Positions 12,450-25,722 are shown, counted from the first letter of the stretch. The stretch is 64,000 nucleotides of DNA from Octopus vulgaris (GCA_951406725.2 OX597826.1:64232001-64296000); one strand, 5' to 3'. Translations and numbers: made by a program. Notes: a model not told the origin generated them from the sequence alone.

Positions 12450-13380
12450 TAAGCACAGACATGAATGTGTTGGCAAATGAGTGCATTGGGATGTTAGCTG
12501 TGTGGTTTCAGAACAACAGAAAAGAGGTATGAACAGGAACCAGAGACTGTGGTAGAAAGTGAGAATTACAATATCTTGTGGGACTTTACCAGAAATGCCG
12601 ACCATACTATTGAGGCAAGAAGACCAGACTTGTTTATAGAGGACAAAATAAACAGTGTAAGATTATATATTTTAGCAATTCCCTAAGAAAGTAGATTCAA
12701 TACCAATGAAATTGAAAAAAATTAAGAAATATCAGTATTTAGCTAGAGAGCTGAGGAGATTGTGGAAGACTAAAACAATAATTATTCCTGGATCGTAGGG
12801 TGACCTGCTGTGCTTGAGGAGACCTATTGAGTCAAGTACATCAACATTAGAATAAATATCAAATGGAAATTGTAGTTGTGATACCTGTGCTGGTGGCACG
12901 TAAAAAGCACCATCCGAACGTGGCCTATGCCAGCGCTGTCTTGACTGGCTTCTGTGCCGGTGGCACGTGACCTGCTGTGTTTGAAGAGACCTATTGAGTC
13001 AAGTACATCAACATCAAAATAAATATCAAATGGAAATTGTAGTTGTGATACCTGTGCCGGTGGCACGTAAAAAAGCACCATCCGAACGTGGCCGATGCCA
13101 GCGCTGCCTTGACTGGCTTCTGTGCTGGTGGCACGTAAAAAGCACCCACTACACTCACGGAGTGGGTGGTGTTAGGAAGGGCATCCAGCTGTAGAAACAC
13201 TGCCAGATCAGACTGGAGCCTGGTGCAGCCTCCTGGCTTCCCAGACCCCAGTTGAACCGTCCAACCCATGCTAGCATAGAATACAGACGTTAAATGATGA
13301 TGATGATGATGTAGTAATTGGTGCACTTGGTACAACCACCAAAACGCTGCCTAAAAGACTGACACAAATTGGAAATGAAA
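12450..13380 (+). pseudogene. Decayed RLE-type non-LTR retrotransposon C-terminus (R4/Dong-like), split by a family C insertion
   Basis: Broken translation VHWD..EPETVVESENYNILWDF..IEARRPDL..KKYQYLARELRRLWKTKTIIIP / VVIGALG resuming at 13311. Confidence 0.75.
12791..13310 (+). mobile_element. Family C copy with internal ~167-bp tandem duplication
   Basis: gtgacctgctgtg block at ~12800 and ~12967; (ATG)n tail. Confidence 0.8.
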
Positions 13381-13929
13381 TATTGTCAAAAAAAAGTGGA
13401 TTGAAAATGAAAGAAGCTGTGTTTATTTGTGATGGATGCGTAAATGTAATTTGAGTCTAAGTATGGATTTTGTTATGCCATTACAATGGAGACTCTGATG
13501 ATTTTGGTTTTGTTCAGGACTGGACAAATGTATCTGCTGATTGCAGGATATAACTCTTTTATTGTTTTGTTTCTTCGACTCAAATTGTTTTGATGCATCA
13601 TGACACATTTTATGCCATGCACATTGATATCGGCAATAACTGCCCCAAGATGTCAAATTAAGCTGTACAGATTTTAGTGATTGCTTTAACTTACTTAAAA
13701 AAACTCTATCCATTTAAATGTCTGTGTTGTAGTACATGAAAATATCTTACTACTGCCTCAGCCCCTTCCTCTAACCAAGCTTTCAGTTATACTGTAACAT
13801 CTCTTATCCTTCACTTGCCCTAGGACACTGGGTGTGTCTTGGCAAGTGATTGTAACAAACTTGCAGATTAAAAGTAAATAACAACAACAACAATGGTAAT
13901 AATAATAATTTCTAATAATAATTTCTAAT

Positions 13930-14328
13930 AGGTGTAGGAGTGGCTGTGTGGTAAGTAGCTTGCTTACCAACCAAATGGTTCCGGGTTCAATCCCACTGCA
14001 TGGCACCTTGGGCAAGTGTCTTCTATTTTAGCCTCGGGACAACCAAAGCCTTGTGAGTGAATTTGGTAGACTGAAAGAAGCCTGTCGTATATATGTGTGT
14101 ATATACATGTGTGTGTGTGTGTGTGTGTGTATATGTTTGTGTGTCTGTGTTTGTCCCTCCAACATCGCTTGACAACCGATGCTGGTGTTTTTACGTCCCC
14201 ATAACTTAGTGGTTTGGCAAAAGAGACCGATAAAATAAGTACTAGGCTTACAAAGAATAAGTCCTCGGGTCAATTTGCTCGACTAAAAGCATAGCCACAA
14301 TCACATGACTGAAACAAGTAAAAGAGTA
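13930..14328 (+). mobile_element. SINE family A copy
   Basis: Colinear with 73-480. Confidence 0.85.
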
Positions 14329-14409
14329 ATGTAAGCATAAGGACAGTAATTTTGAGGGAAGTGAAGTCAATCAATACTATCGACCCCATTATTTGTCTGG
14401 TACTTCACG

Positions 14410-15075
14410 TTCATCATCATCATCATCATCATCGCTTAATGTCTGCTTTCCATGGGTTGGACGATTTGACTGAGGTCTGGCGAACCAGATGGCTGCACCA
14501 GACTCCAATCTGATCTGGCAGAGTTTCTATAGCAGGATGCCCTTCAAACGCCAACCACTCCCAGAGTGTATGGGGGTGCTTTTATGTGCCACTGGCACAA
14601 GGACCAGTCAGGCAGTACTGGCAACGGCCATGCTCAAATGGTGCTTTTTATGTGCCACCTGTACAGGAGCCAGTCCAGCGGCACTAGCAACGACCTCGCT
14701 GGAATATTTTTTCATGTGCCACCAGCACAAGTGTCAGTAAGGTGACACAGGTAATGATCACGCTCGAATGGTGGTTTTTACATGCCATCGGCACAGAGGC
14801 CAGCTTGTTGCTCTGACAACGATCACACTCATATGGTACTCTTAGCACTCCACTAGCACAGATGCTAGTCATCAAATTTGATTTTGATTTCGATTTCACT
14901 TGCCTCAACAGGTCTTCACAAGCAGAGTTGAGTGTCCAATGAAGGAAAGGTATGCACAAGTGGGCTGGTTACACCCCTGGCATAGGCCACAAGGTTATGG
15001 TCTCACTTGCGCTTGCCGAGTCTTCTCAAGCACAGAATATTTCCAAAGGTCCCGGTCACTAATCATTGCCTCAGA
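14410..15075 (-). mobile_element. Longer family C copy
   Basis: (CAT)n tail, four to five diverged internal repeats. Confidence 0.75.
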
Positions 15076-15641
15076 TCCCAAATAGATGAAATGCAAAGTT
15101 GAGCTTTGTGGGATTTGAACACATAATGTAAAATGCAGGAAGAAATAATGCAAAGTGTTTTTTTATCAATTCTCTAAAAATTCTGCCATTTAAAATTTCT
15201 AAATTAAACATAAGGCCAGCAATTTTTAGGAAAGGTGGAGGGTGGAGGTTAGTTGATTAAATCATCTCAATACATGACTGGTAAAGCAATGAGCTGGGAG
15301 AATCGTTAGCACAATCAGACAAAATGATTAGTGGCATTTCTTCAAGCTCTTTACATTCTGAGTTTAAATCCTTATGAGGTTAGCTTTGTCTTTTGGGATC
15401 AATGAAATAAAGTACCAGTCAAGTACTGAGGTCAATTTAATTGACTTTCTCGTTTTCCTTCAAAATTGCTGGTCTTGAAGTTAGCATCCCATTCAATTGA
15501 ATGTTAAATCTCGGTCATTTATATGCCATGGAAATCAGACAACTGGTCTTATGAGTCTTAAGATTCAACAAAAAATAAAAAACTACATGAGTAACCTTGG
15601 AGCATGAACAGCAAAGTTGACCTCTAGCAGGATCTGAACTT

Positions 15642-15895
15642 ATGAAGGGGTGCTGAAAAGTTCCTAGCTTGAAGGGTATCAGGAAAGGCCTGCTTGGAGG
15701 CCCGAAATTCTGAGTTCTTTTACAGGGCTTAGAAAAACTGAAGGATCACTGCAATAAGTGTGTGCATCTGAGAGGGGAATATGTTGAATAAAATCATAAT
15801 TAACTGTATTCAATAATCATAATTATTGAATAAAACCATAATTAGCTATATTTTCTTTAACCCAGAGTCAGGTTCTTTTCAGTACCTCCCTCGTA
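15642..15895. mobile_element. Mariner-derived MITE
   Basis: TIR-like ends tatgaaggggtgctgaaaagttcct / aggttcttttcagtacctccctcgta; second copy at 29360-29752. Confidence 0.65.
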
Positions 15896-16514
15896 GAACA
15901 TAAAAAGTTGAAAGAAATGCTGTAAGGCATTTTCTGTAGTATTTTCTGCGATACTCTCATGATTCTATAGAAATGTGAGAATACAACATGAAGTAAATAA
16001 TGTGGATGTATGTGAGTGGTGGTGGTCGGAAGGACATGGGTTGGTTTTTGTTTACAATCTGAGTTACAGTTACTGTGTTGTTTTGGTACAAGAATAAAAT
16101 TTAGCTTTCTAGAATCTTCTTTTATTAATATTTTTTCATTTCTTACCATTTCCTTCTGTTATGGAAACAGTAAATTTTTAGAGTATATGTAATCAAAAGT
16201 AAAAAAATGTTTATTTAATATTTCATTTTTCAAAGAAAATTATATTTTGCATTATTTATTGTTTGAAGGTGATTTTATTGTTAAGCTATTTACATTTAAA
16301 GGATTAAATAATTACTTTAGAAATATTTAAGAGAAATAACTACAGACATACATACATGCACTAACACATGCATACACACACACACACACACACACTCATG
16401 CGCACACCAGAAACCTTTCCTGAATGTCTGCATCAGAGTGGATTCCACAATAGGTACTTAAAGTACCAGGTATTATTGCTAAAACAAGCAACAGATTAAG
16501 TCTGTCTGGTGGGA

Positions 16515-16630
<116 letters not shown>

Positions 16631-17276
16631 AATCAACAAAAAGGGTACAATGAAATTGCTGTGGTGTGTCGAAAATCCAATATTGGACACACATACACAT
16701 GCACACACACACACACATATACATATATATGTATATATATATATATAAATATATATATATATAGAAAGAGAGAGAGAAAGAAAGAGATAGAAAGATAGAG
16801 AGATAGATAGATGTTAGATGGTTTAAGAAAATTCATCATCATCATCATCATCATCATCGTTTAACGTCCGCTTTCCATGCTAGCATGATTAAAAAAAACT
16901 TTGTAAAGGAAACAGGATGTTTTTTTTTAAATGGTTGAATTTAAATGAAACAAACGCGAAAGATAAGTGAAATGGCTAGAAAATGTTTAAGGGAATGAAG
17001 GGAGCTAAAGAACTGTAGAAAAAAAAGTAGAGAGAGGTAGATAGTGAAAGTGAAAGTGAAAATTGTGCACGTGTGAGAGAGAGAAGGAAATAAGACAGGG
17101 AAGGAAGAATTGGGAAAGAGAGAAAGAAGAAGCTAAGGAAATTGGGCAATTTGGAAAATATGGGAAATAACTGCAAGATGGCTAGTGGATAGATAGATGG
17201 ATAAACAGACAGACAAACAACTAGACAGAGAGACAAACAGTAGTCTATCTGGCTATATATATATATATATATATAT

Positions 17277-17312
<36 letters not shown>

Positions 17313-17396
17313 GTCAATAGTGAACTAATTTGATGGATGAAAAGCAACGTGGAAATGACAAGCTATATATATATATGCATGTATGTATATATGTCA

Positions 17397-17484
<88 letters not shown>

Positions 17485-17642
17485 ATATATCTATCTATCT
17501 ATCTATCTATATGTATGTATGTATATGTGTGTGTGTATTTGTGTACAGGCAGATAGGGAAAATAATTCATAAAAAGAGCTAAATTAAGAGAGAACAAGAG
17601 ACAAATAGACAGACAAATAGATAGATAGATAGATAGATAGAG

Positions 17643-17701
<59 letters not shown>

Positions 17702-17780
17702 GAAGAAATAAATACATACGAACATGAAACATGTGAGATAGAAAGAAACAAATAGAATGTTGAAGAACGTTAATATTTAC

Positions 17781-18463
17781 CAGAACATGATTTTAGTCAA
17801 TAATCTCTGTGTTTTAGAATGTAAATTCCATGAAATTATTCATCGTTCAGTAAGATGGACTTAAAATGTCAGTTTGATTTTGGTTTGGTAAAATACTAAT
17901 AGCAATGTGATAATAATAATAATAATGTTGGTAACGATTGCAATAAACAATGGTTTATGGTGATGATGTGGACTTAGAAGCATGTAATTATCATTTATCT
18001 CTGCTTGATAAACGAGGAAAAAATTGTCAACAGATGGTGGAAACTACCAGAAAACTGAAGTTGATGCAGCAGATGACAGTTATGATGATGATGATGATAA
18101 TGATGATGATGGTGGTGCTGGTGGTGATGGTGGTGATGGTGGTGGTGGTGGGTGTTGGTGTTGGTATTGATGGTGATGGTGGTGGTGGTGGTGGTGATGG
18201 TGGTGGTGGTGGTGGTGGTGGTGGTGATGACGAGGCATCATGGTTTTTTTTTTTGTTTTTTTTTTGCGTTGCTCTGACTGGACTGGATCGAAACAGTAAT
18301 CACACTCACTCTCTCTCCCTCCGTCTCTCTCTCTCTCACACACACACAACCCCTTTCACCTCACTTACATCTCACACACACACGCCACACACACATACAC
18401 CCACCCACACATACATACACTCACTCACACGCGTTAGAGTGAGTAGGTGAAGTGGGGGCGGGG
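17781..18463 (-). promoter_or_regulatory. Possible promoter (GC box GGGGCGGGGC at ~18455) and non-coding first exon ending at donor CTG|GTAAAT
   Basis: Sp1-type GC box, locally CpG-containing unique sequence, donor-like site at 17781/17780; orientation matches the NRPS-like gene. Confidence 0.25.
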
Positions 18464-18894
18464 CAAGGAAAAAATTGGCCTGCCTCTAGTAAAAGATACA
18501 TATAAACAAACAACTCATTTCTCCTCTCCACAAACCCCTACAGGACAGTAGGGGTTTCAGTAGATTAAATGGGGTGTTAATGTTGGGGGGTACATAAAAT
18601 AAAAGCCTTACCTTGTCCCCTTTTTTACCTCTATACATAATAAATGTCCTTCATAGTGATAGCCACGTGTACTACATAAAGCTACACTCAGTGTTTAGAT
18701 ATGGAAGATGTGGTGTACTTGTGTGTGTCTATATCTGTGTATGTGTGTTTGTGTGTGTGTATATTTGTGTGTGTATGTGTGTGTGTGTGTATTAGTGTGA
18801 GTATATGTACATTGTGTACATGTTCATGTGTGTGTGTGTGTGTGTGTGTATACTTGCCTTTAATTTTTGTATATATACAGCTGTATATGTACAC

Positions 18895-18926
<32 letters not shown>

Positions 18927-19030
18927 TTGTATGTGTGTGTATGTAGGTGTGTGTGTGTGTGTGTGTGTGCATGTGTCTGTGTGTGCATGAATATGAGTCT
19001 GTGCATTTAAGCTTGTTTTTAATTATTATG

Positions 19031-19092
<62 letters not shown>

Positions 19093-19096
<4 letters not shown>

Positions 19097-19297
19097 CTTT
19101 TTACTTGTTTCAGTCATTTGACTGTGGCCATGCTGGAGCACCGCCTTTAATTGAGCAACTCGACCCCGGGACTTATTCTTTTGTAAGCCCAGTACTTATT
19201 CTATCGGTCTCTTTTGCCGAACCACTAAGTAACGGGGACATAAACACACCAGCATCGGTTGTCAAGCAATGCTAGGGGGACAAACACAGACACACAA

Positions 19298-19352
<55 letters not shown>

Positions 19353-19517
19353 TACGACGAGCTTCTTTCAGTTTCTGTCTACCAAATCCACTCACAAGGC
19401 TTTGGTCGGCCCGAGGCTATAGTGAAGACACTTGCCCAAGATGCCTTGCAGTGGGATTGAACCCGGAACCATGTGGTTGGTAAACAAGCTACTTACCACA
19501 CAGCCACTCCTGCGCCT
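19093..19517 (-). mobile_element. SINE family A copy
   Basis: Reverse complement of 73-480. Confidence 0.85.
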
Positions 19518-20203
19518 ATATATGTATATATATTGTGATTCTGTGCGTATGTGTGCATGTGAATGTGTGTATGTTTGTGTGTGTGCACGTGTGTGGGCGT
19601 GTGATGAGTGTGAATGTATGTGAGTGAGTTTGTGAACAAGTGGGTAAGAATGTGTGTGTGTGTGTTGCATGTATATGTGATGCGCATTACTGAATGAATG
19701 TGAGTATGTGTGTGTGTGTGTGTGTGTGAATGTGTGTATGTATGTGTGAGAGTGTATGTGAGATTAGTGTATGGGTTTGTGTGTGAGTGTGCCTGTGAGT
19801 GAGTATATGTGTGTGTGAGTGTGTGTGCATGTGTGTAGATGTAACTTTGATTTTTGTACATTTCTGACTTTTGTCACGTATGTAATAATAAAGAGAGGAC
19901 AATTTTTAATTAACCGAGGTTATCTGTACAATTAGTAGACAAAACCCTCCTTCAACAGATGTTTAAATTTAGAAAATGACAGTCAAGGGAAATAACTCCA
20001 ATAAAAACAGCCAACGAAAACTTCTTGGAAAATAATCTCAATGCAGAAAGGAGTGGATCTTGTCTTTAAAACCAACTAGTAGAAGCTATGGACATGTTTC
20101 AGAATAATCAAATCTCCTCAACAAAGCAATATTCTACTCATTTGGCAGAATATAGAACTGATTAATGTGTTTGTGCATGTGTGTGTGTATGTGTGTATGT
20201 GTG

Positions 20204-20335
<132 letters not shown>

Positions 20336-20382
20336 ATATATACAACATATATATATAATAATATAATAAACATACATACAGG

Positions 20383-20420
<38 letters not shown>

Positions 20421-20599
20421 GGGGAGAGAGGATATTTTTTAAAGATAACGATGGACATAAGAATTTATAAAATTTCAAGAGAACATGGAATCGCTCTTTT
20501 TCATTATGGTGAAACTTGAAGCAGATAAAGCTATAAATAATACACACATACATACACATGCATACATACACATACATAAATATATATATATATATATAT

Positions 20600-20784
20600 A
20601 AAAGTAAAGAGTGAAAAACTACAGAAGGCTTTAAATGTTAAAAAATATATATATTTGCGTACAATATGTCTGAAGAATATTAGAAAATTAAAAAAAAAAT
20701 TTTCTAATATTCTTCAGACATTGACGGAAATATATATATTTTTTAACATTTAAGCCTTCTGTAGTTTTTTCACTCTTTACTTTT
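20600..20784. repeat. AT-rich inverted repeat (~88-bp arms) next to (TA)n
   Basis: aaagtaaagagtgaaaaactacagaaggc...ctgaagaatattagaaaatt is mirrored by aattttctaatattcttcag...gccttctgtagttttttcactctttacttt. Confidence 0.85.
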
Positions 20785-20935
20785 TTCTATATATTCACCC
20801 ACGTGCTTTCACAAACCAACTTTCTTATATATATATATATATATATATATGATCTTCTATCTATAAATGCTCTAATATCTACACAGCCTTGGTTTTTTAT
20901 CTTATTACGCAAAAAATTCTTATATATATACATAC

Positions 20936-20993
<58 letters not shown>

Positions 20994-21173
20994 ACACACA
21001 TATATATATATATAGATAGATGCAGCACAAAGTTTTGTCATGGTTTCGAAGCAATGAAAATATTTTGACATAAATCAAATTTAAATGTTGAAGTTTTGAA
21101 ATGAACCTAACAGTTTTTTTTTTTTGTGCATTCTTAAATGGCTTATAAACATCTTCCATGCTGCAATTGTTTT

Positions 21174-21220
<47 letters not shown>

Positions 21221-21613
21221 GTGTGTGTGTATGTATATGTATATATATGTATGTATATTTATATATTATATATATGTGTGTTTATATATGTATGTATGTG
21301 TGTATGTCTGTGTATATATGATAGGCTTGTTCTGGTTTTCATTTGTTAAAACCGCTCAAGAGGGTTTGGATGCATTGGAGCTGTAGTAAATACACTTGCT
21401 TAAGACACCATGCGATGATCACACACTACACACCTTCCTTCCAAGCACTGCTATAAACAGAAGTAAGCTAGAATGTTAAAACTTAGTGCACATGCACAGC
21501 AGAGTTCAAGGTCAATCTGTGCCAAGCAGTTTTACTCTGCATGCTTTAGCTTCGTTACTATGGCAACAGTCTGGGTACTTATTGATCACACCATGTATAT
21601 ATACAGGGTGTGG

Positions 21614-21647
<34 letters not shown>

Positions 21648-21648
<1 letters not shown>

Positions 21649-21870
21649 CGGGAAGCTTTATGAAAATAGACAAAAGACGAAGGCAGGTTTACGGAAATAA
21701 ACAAAAGACGAAGGCAGGTGGAATACAAACAAACAATTGTATTAGTATGGCGCTCAGGAAATATAAATAAAACAAGTCTTTTACGTTTCGAGCCTACGCT
21801 CTTCAACAGAAAGATACACAGAGAAAAAACACAGAAAGAAGGAGAGAAAAAAAATATGCGTGCAGAAAAA
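21648..21870 (-). mobile_element. Penelope-like terminal fragment in (TA)n with minimal hammerhead-like motif at 21777-21814
   Basis: Minus strand TCTTT-CTGTTGA-A-GAGC-GTAG-GCTC-GAAAC-GT-A-AAAGA; a fragment of the same family lies at 43770-43822. Confidence 0.55.
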
Positions 21871-21929
21871 TTGTCATCTAAATTACACAAAAATGAAAAT
21901 AACACTGACATCTCATTTTAGCAGATATA

Positions 21930-22536
21930 TTTTCCAAAATTACATAAAAATATCTTGAAATACTAAAGAGTAAATCAATTCAATAAAATTGCCATTGACT
22001 TCAACCATGGCCTTCAGATGACTTCGGAATCTCCTGCACTTCTTCAGTTGGTGAATGCTGCCATAATCCTTACTTTTCATCTTTGCTGTTACAAGGAGTT
22101 TTGATGGTCTCTCACTCAGCTGCACCCCACACATAATAATTAAGGGGGTGGCATTCTGGGGAGTTAGGTGGCCAGATGTTAGGGGGGATGTGGTCGCAGA
22201 AATTGTCTGACAGTCATGACTGAATTCTCCTGCTTCTGTGGCATGGTGCAGAGTCCTGTTGCTAGACATAGGGTCTTCCAGTAGCCACCCTCTTGACCCC
22301 AGGCACTTGACGTAGGTTTCCATGTTGAGCCTGAGGCTGTGTGGAAAGATGAATGGAGGCATAACTTTGCCATCACTAATGTTCACTCCAAACACCATGA
22401 TATTGACTGGATGTTTGATTTTTATCACTCTCAGTACATGTCTCAGAGGACACGCCGAGCCAACAGTTGTTCTGTGTGTGTTCACCATCTGATCCTGACA
22501 GAAATTTTTCTCATCTGAGAAAAACCAAAGCATGCC
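21930..22536 (-). pseudogene. Tc1/mariner-superfamily transposase remnant
   Basis: Frameshifted FFSDEKNF..MVFGV..QQDSAPCH..WPPNSPECNPLNYYVWG..CRRFRSHLKAMVEVNGNFIE. Confidence 0.85.
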
Positions 22537-23244
22537 TGGGGTTGAACTCAACTCACCTTGTCAGCTTATAAGAAAACTATTGAATTCATACACTGATTTC
22601 AAAAGTGGTAAAAGTGCAAACTATAAATAGTATGGGTGGCTTATTAGCAATTTAACAACCTAAAGGCAAATTTATAGACGCCACTAAAGTGACAGATTGT
22701 ACAAAGTGGTACCGTCATTGCTAGAAATAAGAGTCAAAATAACTCAATAGTCACAAATGCACTATCTTAATGACTAACAAGGGAGATAAACTATTGAGTT
22801 ATTTTGACTCTTATTTCTAGTACCTTCTATCCCCTAGTACCTTCTGTCACTTTAGTGACAACTATAAATTTGCCTTTAGGTTGTTAAATTACTAATAAGC
22901 CACCCATATTATACTTTTCACTTTCACCATTTTTAAAATCAGCATATGAGTTCAACAGTTTTCTTATAAGCTGACAAGGTGAGTTGAGTTTAACCCTGGA
23001 TGTGGTAAGAACCACTGATGAGAATTAGGATGCTCTGCATCAAAGTTTGAAATCACCAGTGATCTGGCTTTGTTCACTAGATAACTTATCTTCATCGTTA
23101 ATCATTAAGATAGTGAATTTGTGGCTATTGTGTTGTTTTGACTCTTACTTCTATCCATGCCGGTACCACTAAGTACCCTCTGTCACTTTAGTAACGTCTA
23201 TAAATTTGTCTTCAGGTTGTTAAGTTGCTAATAAGCCACCCATA
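22537..23244 (+). mobile_element. ~335-nt tandem repeat with upstream inverted copy and hammerhead ribozyme (retrozyme or Penelope pseudo-LTR-like)
   Basis: 22791-22908 recurs at 23125-23244; 22537-22789 is an inverted copy; ends in (TA)n. Confidence 0.7.
23012..23067 (+). ncRNA. Type I hammerhead ribozyme
   Basis: CCA-CTGATGA-GAATT-AG-GATGC-TCT-GCATC-AA-AGTTT-GAAA-TCAC-CA-GTGA-TC-TGG: canonical core, three pairing stems, AUC cleavage triplet at 23062-23064. Confidence 0.75.
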
Positions 23245-23267
23245 TATATATATATATATATATATAT

Positions 23268-23420
23268 AAGATACAAAATGGGACAAGAACGCAAAACGTC
23301 CGGACAACTTGGTGATACAAAAAGGAACAACAAAACATCCAGATAGACGATACAAAAAAACAAGGACGGGTCATTCGAAGCTTTCTATCCTCAGTCAAGA
23401 ACCGGATCATCCTCACAATA
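23268..23420 (-). mobile_element. Fragment of a (TA)n-associated repeat, related to 56797-57197
   Basis: Shared block gatgatccggtt..tgactga.gat..aa.gcttcgaatgacccgtc. Confidence 0.6.
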
Positions 23421-23654
23421 AGGATCACTCTTAGTCTTGGCAACAGTAGATTATGCTTCACTGAGGAAGTCCAATAAGAGGAAAAGATATCTCTTAAGTT
23501 TTACTAGTTGTCTTTAATAACCAGATTATATATTACATATATATATTAACAGGGTCACTGATGTAGCATTTATGCAATAACAATTGTAATGAAGGCTATG
23601 ATCCCATGTTCGATAAACACATGTTTAACCTTGTTGTGTAAATAAACACTATAC

Positions 23655-25083
23655 TCTTTACTCTTTTACTTGTTTCAGTCATTTGACTGTGGCCATGCTG
23701 GAGCACCGCCTTTAGTTGAGTAACTCGACCCCGGGACTTATTCTATGTAAGCCTAGTACTTATTCTATCGGTCTCTTTTGCCGAACCGCTAAGTGACGGG
23801 GACATAAACATACCAGCATCGGTTGTCAAGCAATGCTAGGAGGGCAAACACAGACACACAGACATACACAAACACATATATATACATATATACGACGGGC
23901 TTCTTTCAGTTTCCGTCTACCAAATCCACTCACAAGGCTTTGGTCGGCCCGAGGCTATAGTAGAAGACACTTGCCCAAGGTGCCACGCAGTGGGACTGAA
24001 CCCGGAACCATGTGGTTGGTAAGCAAGCTACTTATCACACAGCCACTCCTGCGCCTATGTTGAAAACACAGTGCTTTTCAGTGACCAGGTAGTGAACAGA
24101 AATAAACTGGCAATTAGTTTTGACTTTCATTAAAGTCATCATGAGAACTGGTTTATACCTGGCTGCTGAGAAAAAGTATCTTATTGATACTCTCTCTTTT
24201 ACTCTTTTACTTGTTTCAGTCATTTGACTGCGGCCATGCTGGAGCACTGCCTTTAATTGACCAAATTGACCCCAGGACTTATTCTTTGTAAGCCTCATAC
24301 TTATTCTATCGCTCTCTTTTGCTGAACTGGTAAGTTACATGGATGTAAACATGACAGCATCGGTTGTCAAGCGATGTTTCTGGCTACCAAATCCACTCAC
24401 AAGGCTTTGGTCGGCCCGAGGCTATAGTAGAAGACACTTGCCCAAGGTGCCACGCAGTGGGACTGAACCCGGAACCATGTGGTTGGTAAGCAAGCTACTT
24501 ATCACACAGCCACTCCTGCGCCTATGTTGAAAACACAGTGCTTTTCAGTGACCAGGTAGTGAACAGAAATAAACTGGCAATTAGTTTTGACTTTCATTAA
24601 AGTCATCATGAGAACTGGTTTATACCTGGCTGCTGAGAAAAAGTATCTTATTGATACTCTCTCTTTTACTCTTTTACTTGTTTCAGTCATTTGACTGTGG
24701 CCATGCTGGAGCACTGCCTTTAGTCGACCAAATTGACCCCAGGACTTATTCTTTGTGAGCCTAGTACTTATTCTATCGGTCTCTTTTGCTGAACTGGTAA
24801 GTTACATGGATGTAAACATGACAGCATCGGTTGTCAAGCGATGTTGGGGCGACAAACACAAACACAAACACACACACACACACACACATCATCATCATCA
24901 TCATCATACATATACATATAAATGATGGGCTTCTTTCAGTTTCTGGCTACCAAATCCACTCACAAGGCTTTGGTTGGCCTGAGGCTATAATAGAAGATAC
25001 TTGCCCAAGGTGCCATGCAGTGGGACTGAACCCGGAACCATGTGGCTGATAAGCAAGCTACTTACCACATAGTCACTCCTGTG
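23655..25083 (-). mobile_element. Three SINE family A copies (23655-24054, 24196-24521, 24663-25083) with a 467-bp tandem duplication
   Basis: Unique spacer 24055-24195 repeated at 24522-24662. Confidence 0.85.
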
Positions 25084-25491
25084 TCTATATATACATAGGT
25101 AATGAAAAATGTGGTCAGTTTAAATCTGATTTTCTTTATGTAGCAAGGCAAAGTTGGTCATGTGTATTAATTAACTAGTGCTGAATGTTTATGAAATTAA
25201 AATTGACATCAAGGTTGAAGTTATGATAAAATCTTTAATAAATATTTTCAGCTTCACTGTAAAGATCTGTTTATTAGAAATATGATTGTAACCTTTTCAT
25301 TAACATCATTTTATGTCCTCTTGCTGTATTTTTATGGTTTAGTTAAGCTGTCAGAGTCCAAATCAGTTTTCATTTGGAGTTACTGTCCTCAGAAATGGGT
25401 TGGAGAACCACGTCTTGATTGCATGTTCCTATTTTGACATGATTTCTATGGCTACACTTAACAATGTACTTGGTGCATTTTATTGATATAC

Positions 25492-25722
25492 CTATTTCTT
25501 TATTACCCACAAGGGGCTAAACACAGAGGGGACAAACAAAGACAGACATAGGTATTAAGTCGATTATATCGATCCCAGTGCGTAACAGGTGCTTAATTTA
25601 TCGACCCCGAAAGGATGAAAGGCAAAGTTGACCTCGGCGGAATTTGAACTCAATGTAACGACAGACGAAATACCGCAAAGCATTTCGCCCGGCGTGCTAA
25701 CACTTCTGCCAGCTCGCCACCT
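25492..25722 (-). mobile_element. SINE family B copy
   Basis: Colinear with 11163-11395. Confidence 0.8.

Noticed and set aside
12791-13160. Spaced GGCACGTAAAAAGCAC repeats resembling a CRISPR array
   Set aside because: Eukaryotic context, the spacers are homologous to each other, and they are part of dispersed retroposon family C
13423-13713. 96-aa non-repetitive minus-strand ORF
   Set aside because: No recognisable domain or convincing exon boundaries
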